From Paraspadella gotoi (Eukaryota > Animalia > Chaetognatha): 64,000 nt of DNA. The position numbers were made by a program, and so were the translations under genes. Below the pieces are notes generated by a model. That model saw only the letters and a list, made by a program, of their open reading frames with translations, was not told the origin of the DNA and made no database searches. Numbering within the stretch: the first letter of the stretch is position 1; every line of letters starts with the position of its first letter. Positions 14,201 through 27,674 of the stretch are shown here, piece by piece. The DNA lies in assembly GCA_051294375.1 (NCBI GenBank), contig CM119264.1:22965826-23029825 (forward strand), in the 5' to 3' direction.

Positions 14201-17200
14201 TTTTTGTTGGGGTCATCGTTTTATCGACGACTCGACGCGAAACGATAAACGAAATTCGCGTGGGGGACAACAAACGAAGGAGAAAAACAACAACAATACC
14301 AACAACAACAACAACGACATCCAACAAACAAAAGAAATTCGAAGGGACGACTAAATGTCCGTCGATGAATCTTCACAAGAAATTCGGTTCCGTCGGTCCG
14401 TCGGTCCGTCGGTCCGTCGGTCCGTCGGTCTGCTTCTTTTTTCTGTCCGTTTGTCCAAGTCAGAAAAAATAATTTCGAGTAGAATTTGAGGTCACACGCT
14501 TCTTCATCGATTCCAACTCCTCCGACTCCAGCTTTTTCAAACTTTCTCTAAAACAATCTCGAAACGACAACAACAACAACGACGACGACAACAAAAAGCG
14601 GGACTTTTCGCCTCCTACGAGAGGAAAAGAAGAATAGGACGACGTCAAGTGAGATGACATCAGAAAGCCGTTAAAAAAAACGACGACGACGACAACAACA
14701 ACAACATTTTCACTGATTTGTTCTTTTCGATGTCGTCGTCAGTGCCATCNNNNNNNNNNNNNNNNNNNNNNNNNGTCGTCGTCGTCGTCGTCCGACGTCT
14801 TTATCTCTTCTAATTTCTGTCTTCCCTCATCTCTTTTTTTTTTTTCAGTTTGTCATTTCCACGTTAGTTTCATTCTTTTTTTCTTTCCTTTGTCATTTTT
14901 ACTTCCCTTTATTAAAAAAAAAATTCTAACACTGCGATTATTTTTATTTTCGAGTGAGAGGAGTCCTTTCTCCCAGGTCTCTTCTTCCTCCTCCTTCTCG
15001 GCTCTCCTCCCTCTCTCCTCCACGCTCTACACACTCTACCCACTGCTCATCAAGTCCGCATTTCATCCTCGGATTGACCAAACTAACTACATAACTACCA
15101 TCAAAGCTTAGTGAAGGCGAGGGAGGTTTTCACTGGTTGGCAATTATAAGGTTGGCCCTCTAAAACGTTTTTTGATTAAAACTAGTTCCCTTGGGGAAGA
15201 GAAAATTTGCTGGGATGAAAAACCAAACATGTAAATCAATAAGCGACAAATGAGATCCTCTACTTATCAAGACCCGGAAAATACATTTTTTTTTCCCCTT
15301 TTAGTTATGTCATTTGCACCGCGAGACGAGAGACCGTGCAGCCTCGTACCGACCATTTTTCTAAAAGAGCAGGGAAGAGCCATATTTTTTTTTTTCCAGC
15401 GGGAATAGTTTTAAGATCGTCGAATCGTAAATTAATTTAAATGCGAAAGAAGAGTGGTGCAGATCTGGCGGGGAAAAGATAACAGAGAGAGAGAGAGAGA
15501 GAGAGAGATGAGCAGTCAGAGAGACAGAGAGAGAGACTCGTGAGAGGCTATTGAATTATTCTTCCCTGTCGCGATTTATTTACCTCTCTACGACAAACTT
15601 TCGAAGGATTGGTGTCATGTCAACGGAAGGAAGCAAAGATCGGAGTAACAGAGGTACTCTCCTGCTGTAAGGACGATGGAGCCCTACAAGACGATAGTCT
15701 GCGGTTTTCGTGTGTGAGCGACCATGCGCTCCTGGGATTTGCTTTGAGGACGTGAGACGGGAATTGCCACACGTCGAGGTTCGTTGACATCAGTTGAAAA
15801 CAAAATGATTGCCTCTAATCATTTTGATGTATGAACAATCTTCTCCATCTCAGATTTATCAAACAGACCTTAAAAAATATGTTGCATTAGAGAGAGTGGG
15901 CTGCTATCGATTATTCTCATTGAGTTTTCTTCTTGAATGCCTTATCTTAAATGTTTCCATGTTTTATGTGCACCACACTTTCGCCGCAACCAATGACGAA
16001 ACTTCATGCGGTCACGTCAAAAAATCGCCTGTCATTTTCGGAACATCATCTTCTTTTGTTCTCAAACACCGTGTCTCGTTATAAATACATCCAACCCAGA
16101 GTTAAAGTTCGCCACAAAAAGACGCTCCCCAATTCTTTCGACGGTTCCTCCTCCTTCCCCATAGCTCGCAGTATTCTCCCACGCAGCTTTTCTCCAGCTA
16201 GCTCTCCTGACTTGTGATCTTCTTGTAACCGCCGACGTCAATACACCGACAACAGCACAGCCCGACAAGCGACGAGCTCGGCAGCGACGTGCCCAGCTGA
16301 GAGGAAATATGAGAGAATCCGCCGGAAATTCTCAGCTTCATAAGGACGAACGCACTTCTCTCTCTCATCTCTCTGCTATCTCCGTCACACCTTCTATATT
16401 TTTACTCCTCTTTGTATTTCCAGTCTCTCCTCTTCTTTCCTTCTCTCTTCTCTAATTTTACCTTCTCTCCTCTCTCCATCTCTTTCTCTCTCCTCCTCGA
16501 TCTCATTCTCTCTGATAAACACTTTTTCGCCCATGCTCTTTCTGTATGTCCTGTTACTTCTTTTTATTCTCAATACATACTTCTTTTAATCTTAGCCCTA
16601 TAGGTCCGAGATTCCGTATTCACTCATCTCTATATTCTTATATATTATTAGAGAGAGGAGAGATTTAAGAGAGAGAACATCATCGTTCAATTCTCTTTTT
16701 TGTTTTTCTTTGCTGTTTCTGTCTGATGCCACTATAAGTTTTTGACTGACTAATATTGTTTACACAAATGTAACTTACACTCTTTCACTGGTCACTTTCT
16801 TCCTTCTCTTTCTCTCTCTCTCTCCTTTCCTCCTCCTCTTTCGCGAGTCTTACTCTCGAATTTCGGGAGAAAATTTATCATTTCTCATGAAAAATCAGTC
16901 AATGTCAATAGGAAAAGTATATGAAGCATAGAAATAATAACTTTTTAAAAATAAAAATAAAATGGCATTATTTTACTTTTACCGACCGGAGTAGTTAGGA
17001 TTAGAAGGTTTTATGGTTAGGGTAATTTGGTAATAATTTTTTTAAAAAATGTTTAAATAAATATTTTAAATAGTTTTTCAAAAAACGCCAAAACCCCAGT
17101 CGACTCTAAAGTAAAATTTAACAATAAAATTATCGAATTTTTTTAAAATAATTTTTAATTTTTGTATTATGACTTTGCTTTGTCAGTCTGGTTCAAGTTT

Positions 17201-17285
17201 AACTTTGTCTTTTGTCTGGAATGCTGACAGTGTTTAGAAGAGGTCGCATTCAATCAAACTGCTTGCTTTATGCGGGCCTAAAAGT
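11257..17285. repeat. Inverted duplication: 11257-11725 versus 16838-17285
   Basis: Reverse-complement match along about 450 bp, differing mainly by 1 bp indels; the left arm starts at a 25-N gap. Confidence 0.85.
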
Positions 17286-18726
17286 AAAACAAAAGTTCCT
17301 TCAATCCAATGTCTACTCCAGACTTAGGCAAAGATTAGCGGCAACATATTTTTTGCTTAAATAAGGTAATAAACAATTTTTGTTTACCTAGTAGTTAAAC
17401 TGAAATAAAATAGTGCAATTTTTAATTAACGTAAAGGATGCCTTTAAACTAATATATAACTTGAAAACTTTATGAATCTAATTTGCTAAGATTATCTCTC
17501 TCTTTTTTTGGAAGTTGAGCATAAAAGCCAAATGGGGAATCGGAAAAAAAAGTGAGTTAGAAAAAGTGAAAAAGTTAAAGGAGAATTGACTCTTATTGAC
17601 AGTTCGGATATCTCNNNNNNNNNNNNNNNNNNNNNNNNNNNNNNNNNNNNNNNNNNNNNNNNNNNNNNNNNNNNNNNNNNNNNNNNNNNNNNNNNNNNNN
17701 NNNNNNNNNNNNNNNNNNNNNNNNNNNNNNNNNNNNNNNNNNNNNNNNNNNNNNNNNNNNNNNNNNNNNNNNNNNNNNNNNNNNNNNNNNNNNNNNNNNN
17801 NNNNNNNNNNNNNNNNNNNNNNNNNNNNNNNNNNNNNNNNNNNNCGCCATTTCCCCCTCATTTTCCCCGCGGGAAAAATATCCGACTGTAAAATCGGATT
17901 CCTAATAAAAATCGTTTCTCTCGCTTCGGGGCGAAGAAGAGATAAGACGGGAAGAAAGAAGGAAGAGATAGGAAAAGAAANNNNNNNNNNNNNNNNNNNN
18001 NNNNNNNNNNNNNNNNNNNNNNNNNNNNNNNNNNNNNNNNNNNNNNNNNNNNNNNNNNNNNNNNNNNNNNNNNNNNNNNNNNNNNNNNNNNNNNNNNNNN
18101 NNNNNNNNNNNNNNNNNNNNNNNNNNNNNNNNNNNNNNNNNNNNNNNNNNNNNNNNNNNNNNNNNNNNNNNNNNNNNNNNNNNNNNNNNNNNNNNNNNNN
18201 NNNNNNNNNNNNNNNAAACGATTTTCAATCAAAAGGAAATTCGCGTTACGTCACGTTTTCACGTGACGAGTGAATCTGGAGTGTATCTGCACTCTACACT
18301 CTACACTCTACCACTGCACAAGTCGATTCATGGATTGACAATTTGAGTACTTTAACTACTACATAACTACATGAAAGCTTATGAGGCGAGGAAGTTTACT
18401 GGTTGGCATATAGGTGGCCCTCTTAAACGTTTGATTAAAACTCGTTCCCTTGGGAAGAAGAAAAGTTGACTGATGAACCAACANNNNNNNNNNNNNNNNN
18501 NNNNNNNNNNNNNNNNNNNNNNNNNNNNNNNNNNNNNNNNNNNNNNNNNNNNNNNNNNNNNNNNNNNNNNNNNNNNNNNNNNNNNNNNNNNNNNNNNNNN
18601 NNNNNNNNNNNNNNNNNNNNNNNNNNNNNNNNNNNNNNNNNNNNNNNNNNNNNNNNNNNNNNNNNNNNNNNNNNNNNNNNNNNNNNNNNNNNNNNNNNNN
18701 NNNNNNNNNNNNNNNNNNNNNNNNNN

Positions 18727-18757
<31 letters not shown>

Positions 18758-19125
18758 GAGAGGCTATTGATTATTCCTGGGGCGTTTATTTCACCTCTCA
18801 GACAAACTTGAAGGAGTTGGTGATGAAGGAAGGAAGGAGAGGAGTAAAGAGGAGAGGAGAGACAAGACGAAGTTGCGTTTTGAATGCGGTCCTGGATTTG
18901 CTTGAGAATGAGGAATTAATCAGTTTGAAACAAAAATGATTTGCCTCTATCTTTTTAAATCTCTCTTTATAAACAGACGCTTAAAAAAAAAGAGAAATTT
19001 GTTCGATTAATTTTTTTAAGTTTAAATGTTTCAATGTTTTGACAACTTTCGCCGCAAAAGAAATATTAAACGGCGACAAAAAAAAATGTCTCAAAAATCA
19101 ACCACAGAAGTCGCCACAAAAGACG
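15020..19125 (+). repeat. Direct duplication: ~15020-16125 versus ~18290-19125
   Basis: Collinear shared blocks such as ACTACATAACTAC, GTGAGAGGCTATTGA and AAAATGATT(T)GCCTCTA, with many indels. Confidence 0.8.
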
Positions 19126-19444
19126 CAATCATCGACGCCNNNNNNNNNNNNNNNNNNNNNNNNNGAGCGAGAGACAAGTCTCATCTATGTTTTGCGATCC
19201 GCCTGCCTCCCTCGTCTATTTTTTTACACAATGTTTTAAATCTCTCTCTCCATGTCCTCTTTACCTCGCGCCTCTCTCTCTTTTCTCTGCCCCTCTCCCC
19301 CCCTTCTTTCTTCTCTCTCTGTCTCGTCTCTTCCTCTCCTCGTCTCTGCTCGTCTCTCTCTCTTTCCTCTCTCTCCCTCTCTCTCTTGCTCTCTCCTCTC
19401 TCTTCTCTCTTCTCTCTTTCTCTCTCTCTCTCTCTCTCTTCTCT

Positions 19445-19483
<39 letters not shown>

Positions 19484-19697
19484 GTGGTTGTTTCAATGCG
19501 GAATCGACGGCGTCGGTAAACTTATGGTTTTGTTTCGTGGCGCCGCAAAAGAAATGCAGCGCCAAAATCGCGATTTTTCCGCCGCGGTCACCGCCTCGCC
19601 GCCCCCCTCACCACCGCTGCCGCGCCGCCAGCCTCAGCCGCTGGAGAGAAAAAAAGGAGAACGTGAAACGTCACTGAAAACAAACGCACAATAGCAA

Positions 19698-19734
<37 letters not shown>

Positions 19735-19754
19735 GGAAGAGAGGAGAGAAGAGA

Positions 19755-19803
<49 letters not shown>

Positions 19804-20531
19804 AGTAGAGAATATCCCTAAATTTGTGGTGGATGTTTTTTGCTTAGTCCAAAGCGAAAGCGAGAGAGAGAGAGAAAGCGATGGAAGAGATAAAGAAGGG
19901 GCGAGTCGAATACACACATAAACACACACAAAATCGAAGAGGAAAAAAAAACTCATTTGAATTTCTCATGCGGCGCCGCCCCCGACGACGATGACGACGA
20001 CGACGACGACGACGACGATGAGGACGACGACGAGGACGACGACGACGTTATTTCAATTGAATCCAGTTTTTGAGCTGAAAGGAAAAAAATAGAGGAATAG
20101 AGGGAGAAGGAGAGAAGGTCGAGGAAAATGGAGGAGGGAGGAAAAAGAAGGGAAAAAGAAGGGAAAAAGAAGGGAAAACAGGGAGGTTGAAACAAAGAAG
20201 ATTTAATAAGAAATCACGAAGAATGACATGTAAAATAAAAAAAAGGAAAAAAAGGAAGAATAGAGGTAAAAAAACAATTGAAAAGAACTTAAAACAAAGG
20301 AGGTTAAGGAAAACACGATGAATGAGATGTAAAAAAAAAAAAAAAGAAGATGAAAAGAGGAAAGAAGAAACGTTAAGATGAAACTTTGAAAACAGAAAAG
20401 CGACAAGCAAATACAGTCAGGGTGGGGCGTTTGACAGGCGACAAGCAGAGGAAAAAAAAGTCTATTAGGTGAAGAATTAAACACGAAATTGCTCGCAGAA
20501 ATTGAAGTAAAAAGGAAAGGGGAAAGTAAAG

Positions 20532-20587
<56 letters not shown>

Positions 20588-20733
20588 AAGAGGAGAGAAT
20601 GAGAATGAGACGTGAAAGAAGTGAGAACGAGCTTAAAATCCAGGGTCTTCCAGTTGGCACAAGATGAAGAGATAGAATGAGTGAAAAAATGAAAAATAAG
20701 AGGAGAGAGAGAGAAGAGAGGAGAGGAGAGAGA

Positions 20734-20771
<38 letters not shown>

Positions 20772-22783
20772 AAGGTCTTTGAAAAAAGAAACCGTCTGAA
20801 TTTCTAAATCGCTGACTAATCGGAATTGAGTTATTTCAGTTCCGAAACGGTTCCCAAACTGTATTCGAAATCGTGTTTCCGCTTTTGAATCCCAATCTGT
20901 ATTCAACCACGGTTCACAAGAGCGTGGGTTCGCTCTCCCGTGACCCCAGTTGTGATCAGCTCAAAATCGATTTTTAACAACGACGCTCTCACCCCCGCAC
21001 ACGATTCACGCATGCGGCGCCTCTTCCGTCCCCACTCCTCGGCACCGTTCTTCTGCCGCTCCTTTGCACTCCAATCATCTTACTCGCTCCATTGCTAATC
21101 ATTCGATCCCCACTTTTCCTCACTTTTCCTCCGTTTTTGATCTTCCGATCCTCCCCAGTCCTGATCCCCATCCCTCGTCTCGCCTCACTTTCGCATCAAT
21201 CGATCCCCAAAAAACTTGGGTGAGTCTCAACGTTTTACGTTTCTATTTTCACTTCGTTACTCACCCATTTCGGAATCAATAAAACCAGCGGAATAGTGAA
21301 TGACGTCTGCGGACGAACGAACCGATGCAATATATTGTTAGGCGACTAAGTTGAGTATAATGTAAAGGTTTGGGAAATAATGAATTTTGAGCCATATTTT
21401 CAGGATGTAAGATAAAGTTAAAAGTTAGGGTAAGTTTAAGGATCAGTCTCGCCATAAAGTGATATTGAGAAGAAAGCGAGGTTCCAATTTTTGTTAGATA
21501 AAGTCAACAAGTCTTTTCCCTGAAAACCCGTCAATTATTCTTACAGCCTTTCCTAATTCCCCCTCCTTTTCTCTACTACCAAATTTCCTTCTTGACTCAG
21601 TCTAATCCCGTTAGCTTTTCTGCTAATGGACGGACGGCCTTGGAGAAGAGAAAGGTTGTAAGTGTTTAGGATAGGGTGGGACGATAAGTGGGATAGCGAT
21701 CAGTAGCCAGAATTACTAGGCATTATTTTATTCATTTAATCAATTGAACGAAATATGACAAGGACCATCATATTTCATTACAAACAGAAAACAAGAGACG
21801 AAAACGAATTAATTTCATCCAAAAAATAAAAGGAAAAATAAGAAAAGGAAAAAAGGGACGAAAATCGTTGTCTGATTTATGATGAGACAAGAATTAATAT
21901 TCGACGCATAGCAATCGAAAGAAGATCTTATATGCGATTATTGTATCTCTCTCTCTCTCTCTCTGCTGCTCTGCTCTTCTCTCTCTCCTCTCCTCTTTCT
22001 TCGCTCTCTCTCTCTCTCTCTCTCTCTCCTCTTCTCCTCTGCTCTCTTTCTCATATGTTTTTTCGTGGTTCCATTTATTCTCACCTCTAATTCGTGGGTT
22101 TCCTTTTTTTTTCAAATTTTTTTTTTGCAGATTCTCGATTCCTCATCGACGCTGATGGCAACTGCCATTTGCCTAGCAACGGTTGTTTGGCAACGGCCGC
22201 TCCTTTCATTCCCTTAGCAACGGTTTTCGCTCGTTTTTATTTCCTTTTTATCTCCGCCGTCGCTCAACGTCTTTTTTTTTCATCCTCCCTTCTGATCATC
22301 ATCTTCGTTGTCGTCGTCGTCGTTGTCGTCGCTGTTGACGTCCTCTTCGACTTCGAAAACTAATAAACGACGAAACAAAACGACAACGCGATTTCTCGAA
22401 CGAAATTCGTCGCATGATATCGAAGGGGAAAAAAAAACAAATGAAATAAAATTGACCGAAAAATAAAAACAGTTGCTTATTCACCAAACGTGTTAAATAT
22501 ATAAAGGATTACAAGGCGCTCCAAAGCCAAACTGGATTAAAGTTAAAAAAGAATATTGAATATGAAACAAAAAATAAAAATAAAAAAGTGACTAAAGTGA
22601 ATCTAAAAAAAAAACAAAAAAAAAAACAAACAAAAAAACAAAAACGACATTCAGGCTTCTACGACGGTCCTACACCTCCAACCAAATTTAAAAAAAACAA
22701 AAAACAAATCCCTAAAGCTGCCCCAACACCTCGTGCAGGGTCGCCAACCTCATCATCGCCAACGACGGGACCGTAATCCAACC

Positions 22784-22985
22784 ATGTGGTCTCCTTCACC
22801 TTCTCTCAGCGCCTCAACCGGCGCGTCCGCTCGTCTTCTCCACTCGTGGCGCCACCGTGCCCTTTTGTGGCGACGTCACGCCATTTTGGCGCTCGTCACG
22901 CTACTGCACGCGACGTCGTCGTCTTCATCATCTTCATCCGGAAGTGAGACGCGGGAAACGCTCGTCTCGACGGCGGCGCCCGTGG
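22784..22985 (+). CDS. Candidate first coding exon of an unidentified secreted or membrane protein
   Basis: ACCATG start, 67 codons including a hydrophobic stretch (HAILALVTLLHA), ending at a perfect phase-1 donor G|GTAAGT inside a GC-rich island. No recognisable domain. Confidence 0.35.
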
Positions 22986-23663
22986 GTAAGTCCGAGGGAA
23001 GGTCAAAAGAAAGGCAGAGACAAAGAACCAAAGAAAGACAAAAGTAGGGTCGAAGGAAGGTCAAAATATAGTCAAGAGTGAGGTCAAAGGGATGTCAAAA
23101 AAGGGTTCAGAGAGAGGTCAAAATAAGGTCCAAAAAAAAGGGCGAACGTGAAGTCAAACGGAAAGTCAAAGATCAAACGATCCCGTTTCTGGTTTCTGGT
23201 TTTCCGAGATTCGATTCTTTTTTCGATCTTCCGTGAACTTTGGGAACCTTTGACCTTTTTGTGAACGGCATTAGAGGATCGGCGCCTAAGATATGACCAA
23301 AGTATTTTCGCGATTTTTTAATACTATAGAATCTACTGACAACAATTGCTTTGCTTTATGCAACGTAAGTAATAACATTTTAAAACTTTTTCCTGGCAGC
23401 AATAAAAGGACAAACCTGGAAATAATTTTTCTTTGAGACAATTTCGAGACGGCAACGGCTATCCTGAAAGCAATACCTCCAGTCTTGAACCCCGGGAACC
23501 AACGGAATCCTAAAAGCAATAACTCCTTGCCGCAATCCCCGGGCAGCAATAGCCGTTAAAGAAGCGATCGTTCTGGGGGAAGGGAGCAACGCGCCTCCGC
23601 GCTCGCATTTTATTGGTCTTAGGAATTAGAGGAAGGAAAAAACGAGAAGCCGGACGTGAAATG

Positions 23664-23677
23664 GTTGCCATGGAAAC
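23664..23677. promoter_or_regulatory. RFX X-box, perfect
   Basis: GTTGCCATGGAAAC matches the GTTNCCATGGNAAC consensus. Confidence 0.55.
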
Positions 23678-24181
23678 GTAAACACTCTTCTCGCGGCGAC
23701 GGTCGCAAAAGAACCGAAGACACTGTCATCGAAGCGGGAAACGTTTTCGTGGCGTTCGTTGTCGGACTCCTTCGTCAGAATGACGAGCGAAAGGTTTTTG
23801 AGAAGATTGAGTCGAGAGAAATAAGCGACGAGGCTGAGTTCAATCATTGGAAAATGGAAAAGAAGGGAAAATAAAAAAANNNNNNNNNNNNNNNNNNNNN
23901 NNNNNNNNNNNNNNNNNNNNNNNNNNNNNNNNNNNNNNNNNNNNNNNNNNNNNNNNNNNNNNNNNNNNNNNNNNNNNNNNNNNNNNNNNNNNNNNNNNNN
24001 NNNNNNNNNNNNNNNNNNNNNNNNNNNNNNNNNNNNNNNNNNNNNNNNNNNNNNNNNNNNNNNNNNNNNNNNNNNNNNNGCATTCAGAGTAACAAAAAAA
24101 TTCTGAAAAGAGGCATCCTCGACTGAAAGGAACGATTTCCGGGAAGAGCGACGAAATCGTCGAAAGGAAAGGAAATTTCAA

Positions 24182-24215
<34 letters not shown>

Positions 24216-25605
24216 AGAGAGAGAGAGAGAGTGAGAGAGAGAGTGCAAGTAAAAGCAGAGTTGCCACAAGATGGGAAACTGAAAAAGTAGAGCCTCGCCG
24301 CATGTAAAGGCAACGATTCGACGCGCGAAAGACGAAAAAGTGTTTTCCCAGTGACAACATGTCACGTCATTTTCAAAGCCACACTTAACTTCCCCGTGCT
24401 CTTACGTTAGACACGCCACGCAAGTCACTCACAAAGCGAGTTCAAGAATTGGGACACGACATGCCACACAACAATTTTTTTTTTCGCAATTCAGACAGAG
24501 CTTCTTCACACCTCCGGCTAAGCCACACCACGTGCCTCGTGTCTTGCCAAGCCCTGAGCCACGTGCCACGTCGAATCTTGAAACCACGTGCCACGCCAAC
24601 GCAGTCGCATTTCTCCCACGAAAAATCGAAAGTGATTCTCTCAATTTTGTTTGCTTTTTTTAAATCCCACGACTTCGGGGCCAGCGGAGACGGCGGCGGC
24701 GGCGGCGGTGGCGGTGGCGGCGGTGGCGGTGGCGGCGGAGGAGGCGGAGGCGACAGAGGCGGCGCATCTCTTGAAATGCTGGCAAAATGGATCTTGTGGC
24801 AAACTCTAAAGAATATTTCTCTCTCCCTCTCNNNNNNNNNNNNNNNNNNNNNNNNNNNNNNNNNNNNNNNNNNNNNNNNNNNNNNNNNNNNNNNNNNNNN
24901 NNNNNNNNNNNNNNNNNNNNNNNNNNNNNNNNNNNNNNNNNNNNNNNNNNNNNNNNNNNNNNNNNNNNNNNNNNNNNNNNNNNNNNNNNNNNNNNNNNNN
25001 NNNNNNNNNNNNNNNNNNNNNNNNNNNNNNNNNNNNNNNNNTCTCTCTCTCTCTCTCTTCGATTTGGTCTTTTGTTTGCTTCTGCCAAAAACCGTCGCCA
25101 GTGACTGAGAGAAAAAGGATAAGAAAAGGGAAGAGAAAAAAGTTGAAGATTCTTTGCGGAAGAAATGGAAAAAAAAAGTTTCTTTTAAACCTTTTTTCCC
25201 AATTTTTCTGAAAAAGAAGAACAGCTTTTAGGTAAAAATTTTGTTTTCAAAATATATTGACTATACTAGAATGATGTTTAATTCTCCATCCATATTTTTA
25301 GCGGTTTACGTGGTATACCTAAATAAAAAAAGATTTAGGTGGACAGCATGGTAAACACTGAATAAGAGATATTGTAAACATATTTCAAACTTGTTTAAAC
25401 GTCTTCGCAAGCACAGGGAGTATGAATGATATAAAATAGTTTTTCATTATGAGATAGATGACTGTGATAAAAGCAAGAATTCAGGTTGGGTTTTTTTTTC
25501 TTTTACTGCTTTTTGGTCAATTTAAATCTGTTCTCTTTCAAGTTGTGACCTAAAACTGACTTCTTTCTCTCTCTCTCTCTNNNNNNNNNNNNNNNNNNNN
25601 NNNNN

Positions 25606-27392
25606 ACAGAAAAGAAAAAGATTAAACAACGGCCGAACTCATCTCCTCCTCCATCTTTACTTCTCTTTTTTGCCTCTTCATCTTTCACCTCCTCATTCCT
25701 CCTCTCCTTCCCTATTCTCCTTCTCTTTCTAATTCTCTGCTTTCAAAATGAACTGAGATTATGAGACGATTGGTCTTGCGCCTGAAATATCTGTCGATCC
25801 CGGTTGGCCGACAAAACATATGACGTCGTGTGATTTGTGTTTCGCCAAACCGACGGCGACGTCCGACGACGTCAGTGCCTGACAGGGTGAATTTCGGTAG
25901 AGTCAAAAAGATTAATTATAAAAAGTCTGGATGTTTTTGAGGTCATTAAAATACGCTAACGCGAGGAGATAACCTAGTCTTCCCTGTTTTTTTTTTTTTT
26001 TTCAATTAGCTTCTGTTTTTTTGCTTCTAGTTTACTTTAACGTCTTCAATCGATAAAGTACCTACATTGTCCCTTGCGTCTTTTTTTTTTTCGGCGGTGT
26101 CTTTTTATATTATATGACGTATAGATTTAAGATAACATGAGTTTTTGTTTGTGTTGCGTTACCGACTCTATTATAAACTTTATGATCACCGATCATCAAA
26201 CAGACCAACTCGAATATATTGTCCACAAAAGTCACTCTTACTCTCACGCACACAATTCTCCCACAAAATAGTAATCACAAGACGTTCCATTGCAGCCGAC
26301 TTCCCTATTTGGGCGAGGGTCGGCCAAGCCACAATTAAGGAAGGCTGGAGTTTTCTGGTCATGAGCCTCATTAATTTCTTATTTTGGCTGGCTGCGTACA
26401 CGGAACGACGAGCAGACGAGGATTAGGCGCTCTGACACTTTTATTTATATCCGGCGGGAGAAAGGCGGGGCGGTGCGGGAGCGAGCGACCTGTGTATGGT
26501 ATGTTTGCGAAAGCAGCGCATAGAGGAAATTGGAGCAGAGGAACGGCATAAGGGATGATTGAATAAAGGAACAATTGGTCTTGGGACAAATGGTGATTGA
26601 CAAGGGAAAGTGACATCAGAACCAATGTGTGGTTTGACAAAGAGAAGAGAAAATCACGGGGTACCCATAAACGGTCTATGTTAAGGGTATGAAAATGAGT
26701 CTGACGCTGACGACTATGCGACTAAGACGGTGAACGACGTAAGCTCATCCAGAACTCTGTGTCTCACTGGAACCGACGATCTCCATCACCATCACCATCT
26801 GCGCACTAGATCACCGTCTCAGCTCCACCCTACTCCTTAGAAAGGGCTCGGCAGCTGGGGCGCGCTCCGGCGCACCGCTTACCCAACAAAGTGATTCTAT
26901 TTCTAGCACGCTTTGACTTTTAAAGATCAAAAAGAAGAAATTCCTATTTTTCTCTATAAGTCTATCAATTTAGTTCACAAACGCCTCTTTCCTTCATTTG
27001 TTTTTGTTTTTAGTCTTTTTTAGTTTTTTTCATTCCATCTGTTTTTACGTACTATATTTATTTAAAGTATTTCTTTATCGTTATTTTTCTCTTCTATTTC
27101 TTTTTTTTTTAGTCCTTAGATTTATTAAAATTGTCTTCCGTACGTTTCATGGCTACTTGTAAAAAAAAGAAGAAGAGTGAATATATAATAACTTGATAAT
27201 ATTATTATAATTCAATACTCTCGTCCTTATTGAACAGTTGCGTTTTCAAAATGATCTAACTAAATTTTGAGGAGTGATATTAAATTCCCATTTGCCTCCG
27301 ACGATTAGGAACAAAAAATTTACGAAATATGTTGCTCGCGAAGCAGAATTGGAGAGAGAGAAGAGAGAGAGACAGAGAGAGAGAGAGAGAGG

Positions 27393-27424
<32 letters not shown>

Positions 27425-27623
27425 TCAAGGTTATCCAATTAAATTTAACAACGCGCGCGTACCCGGCCGAAAATCTCCCTTTTTGAGGGCGAATGAAGGG
27501 AATATGGGGAAACATGAAGGATAATCAATAAAATATTTAATATTATGAACAAAATTTGGAAATAAAGAAAGAGAGAGATAAAAGGAACCCTGTCTAAAGA
27601 ATGGAAGAAAAATAAAGAAAAAA

Positions 27624-27674
<51 letters not shown>

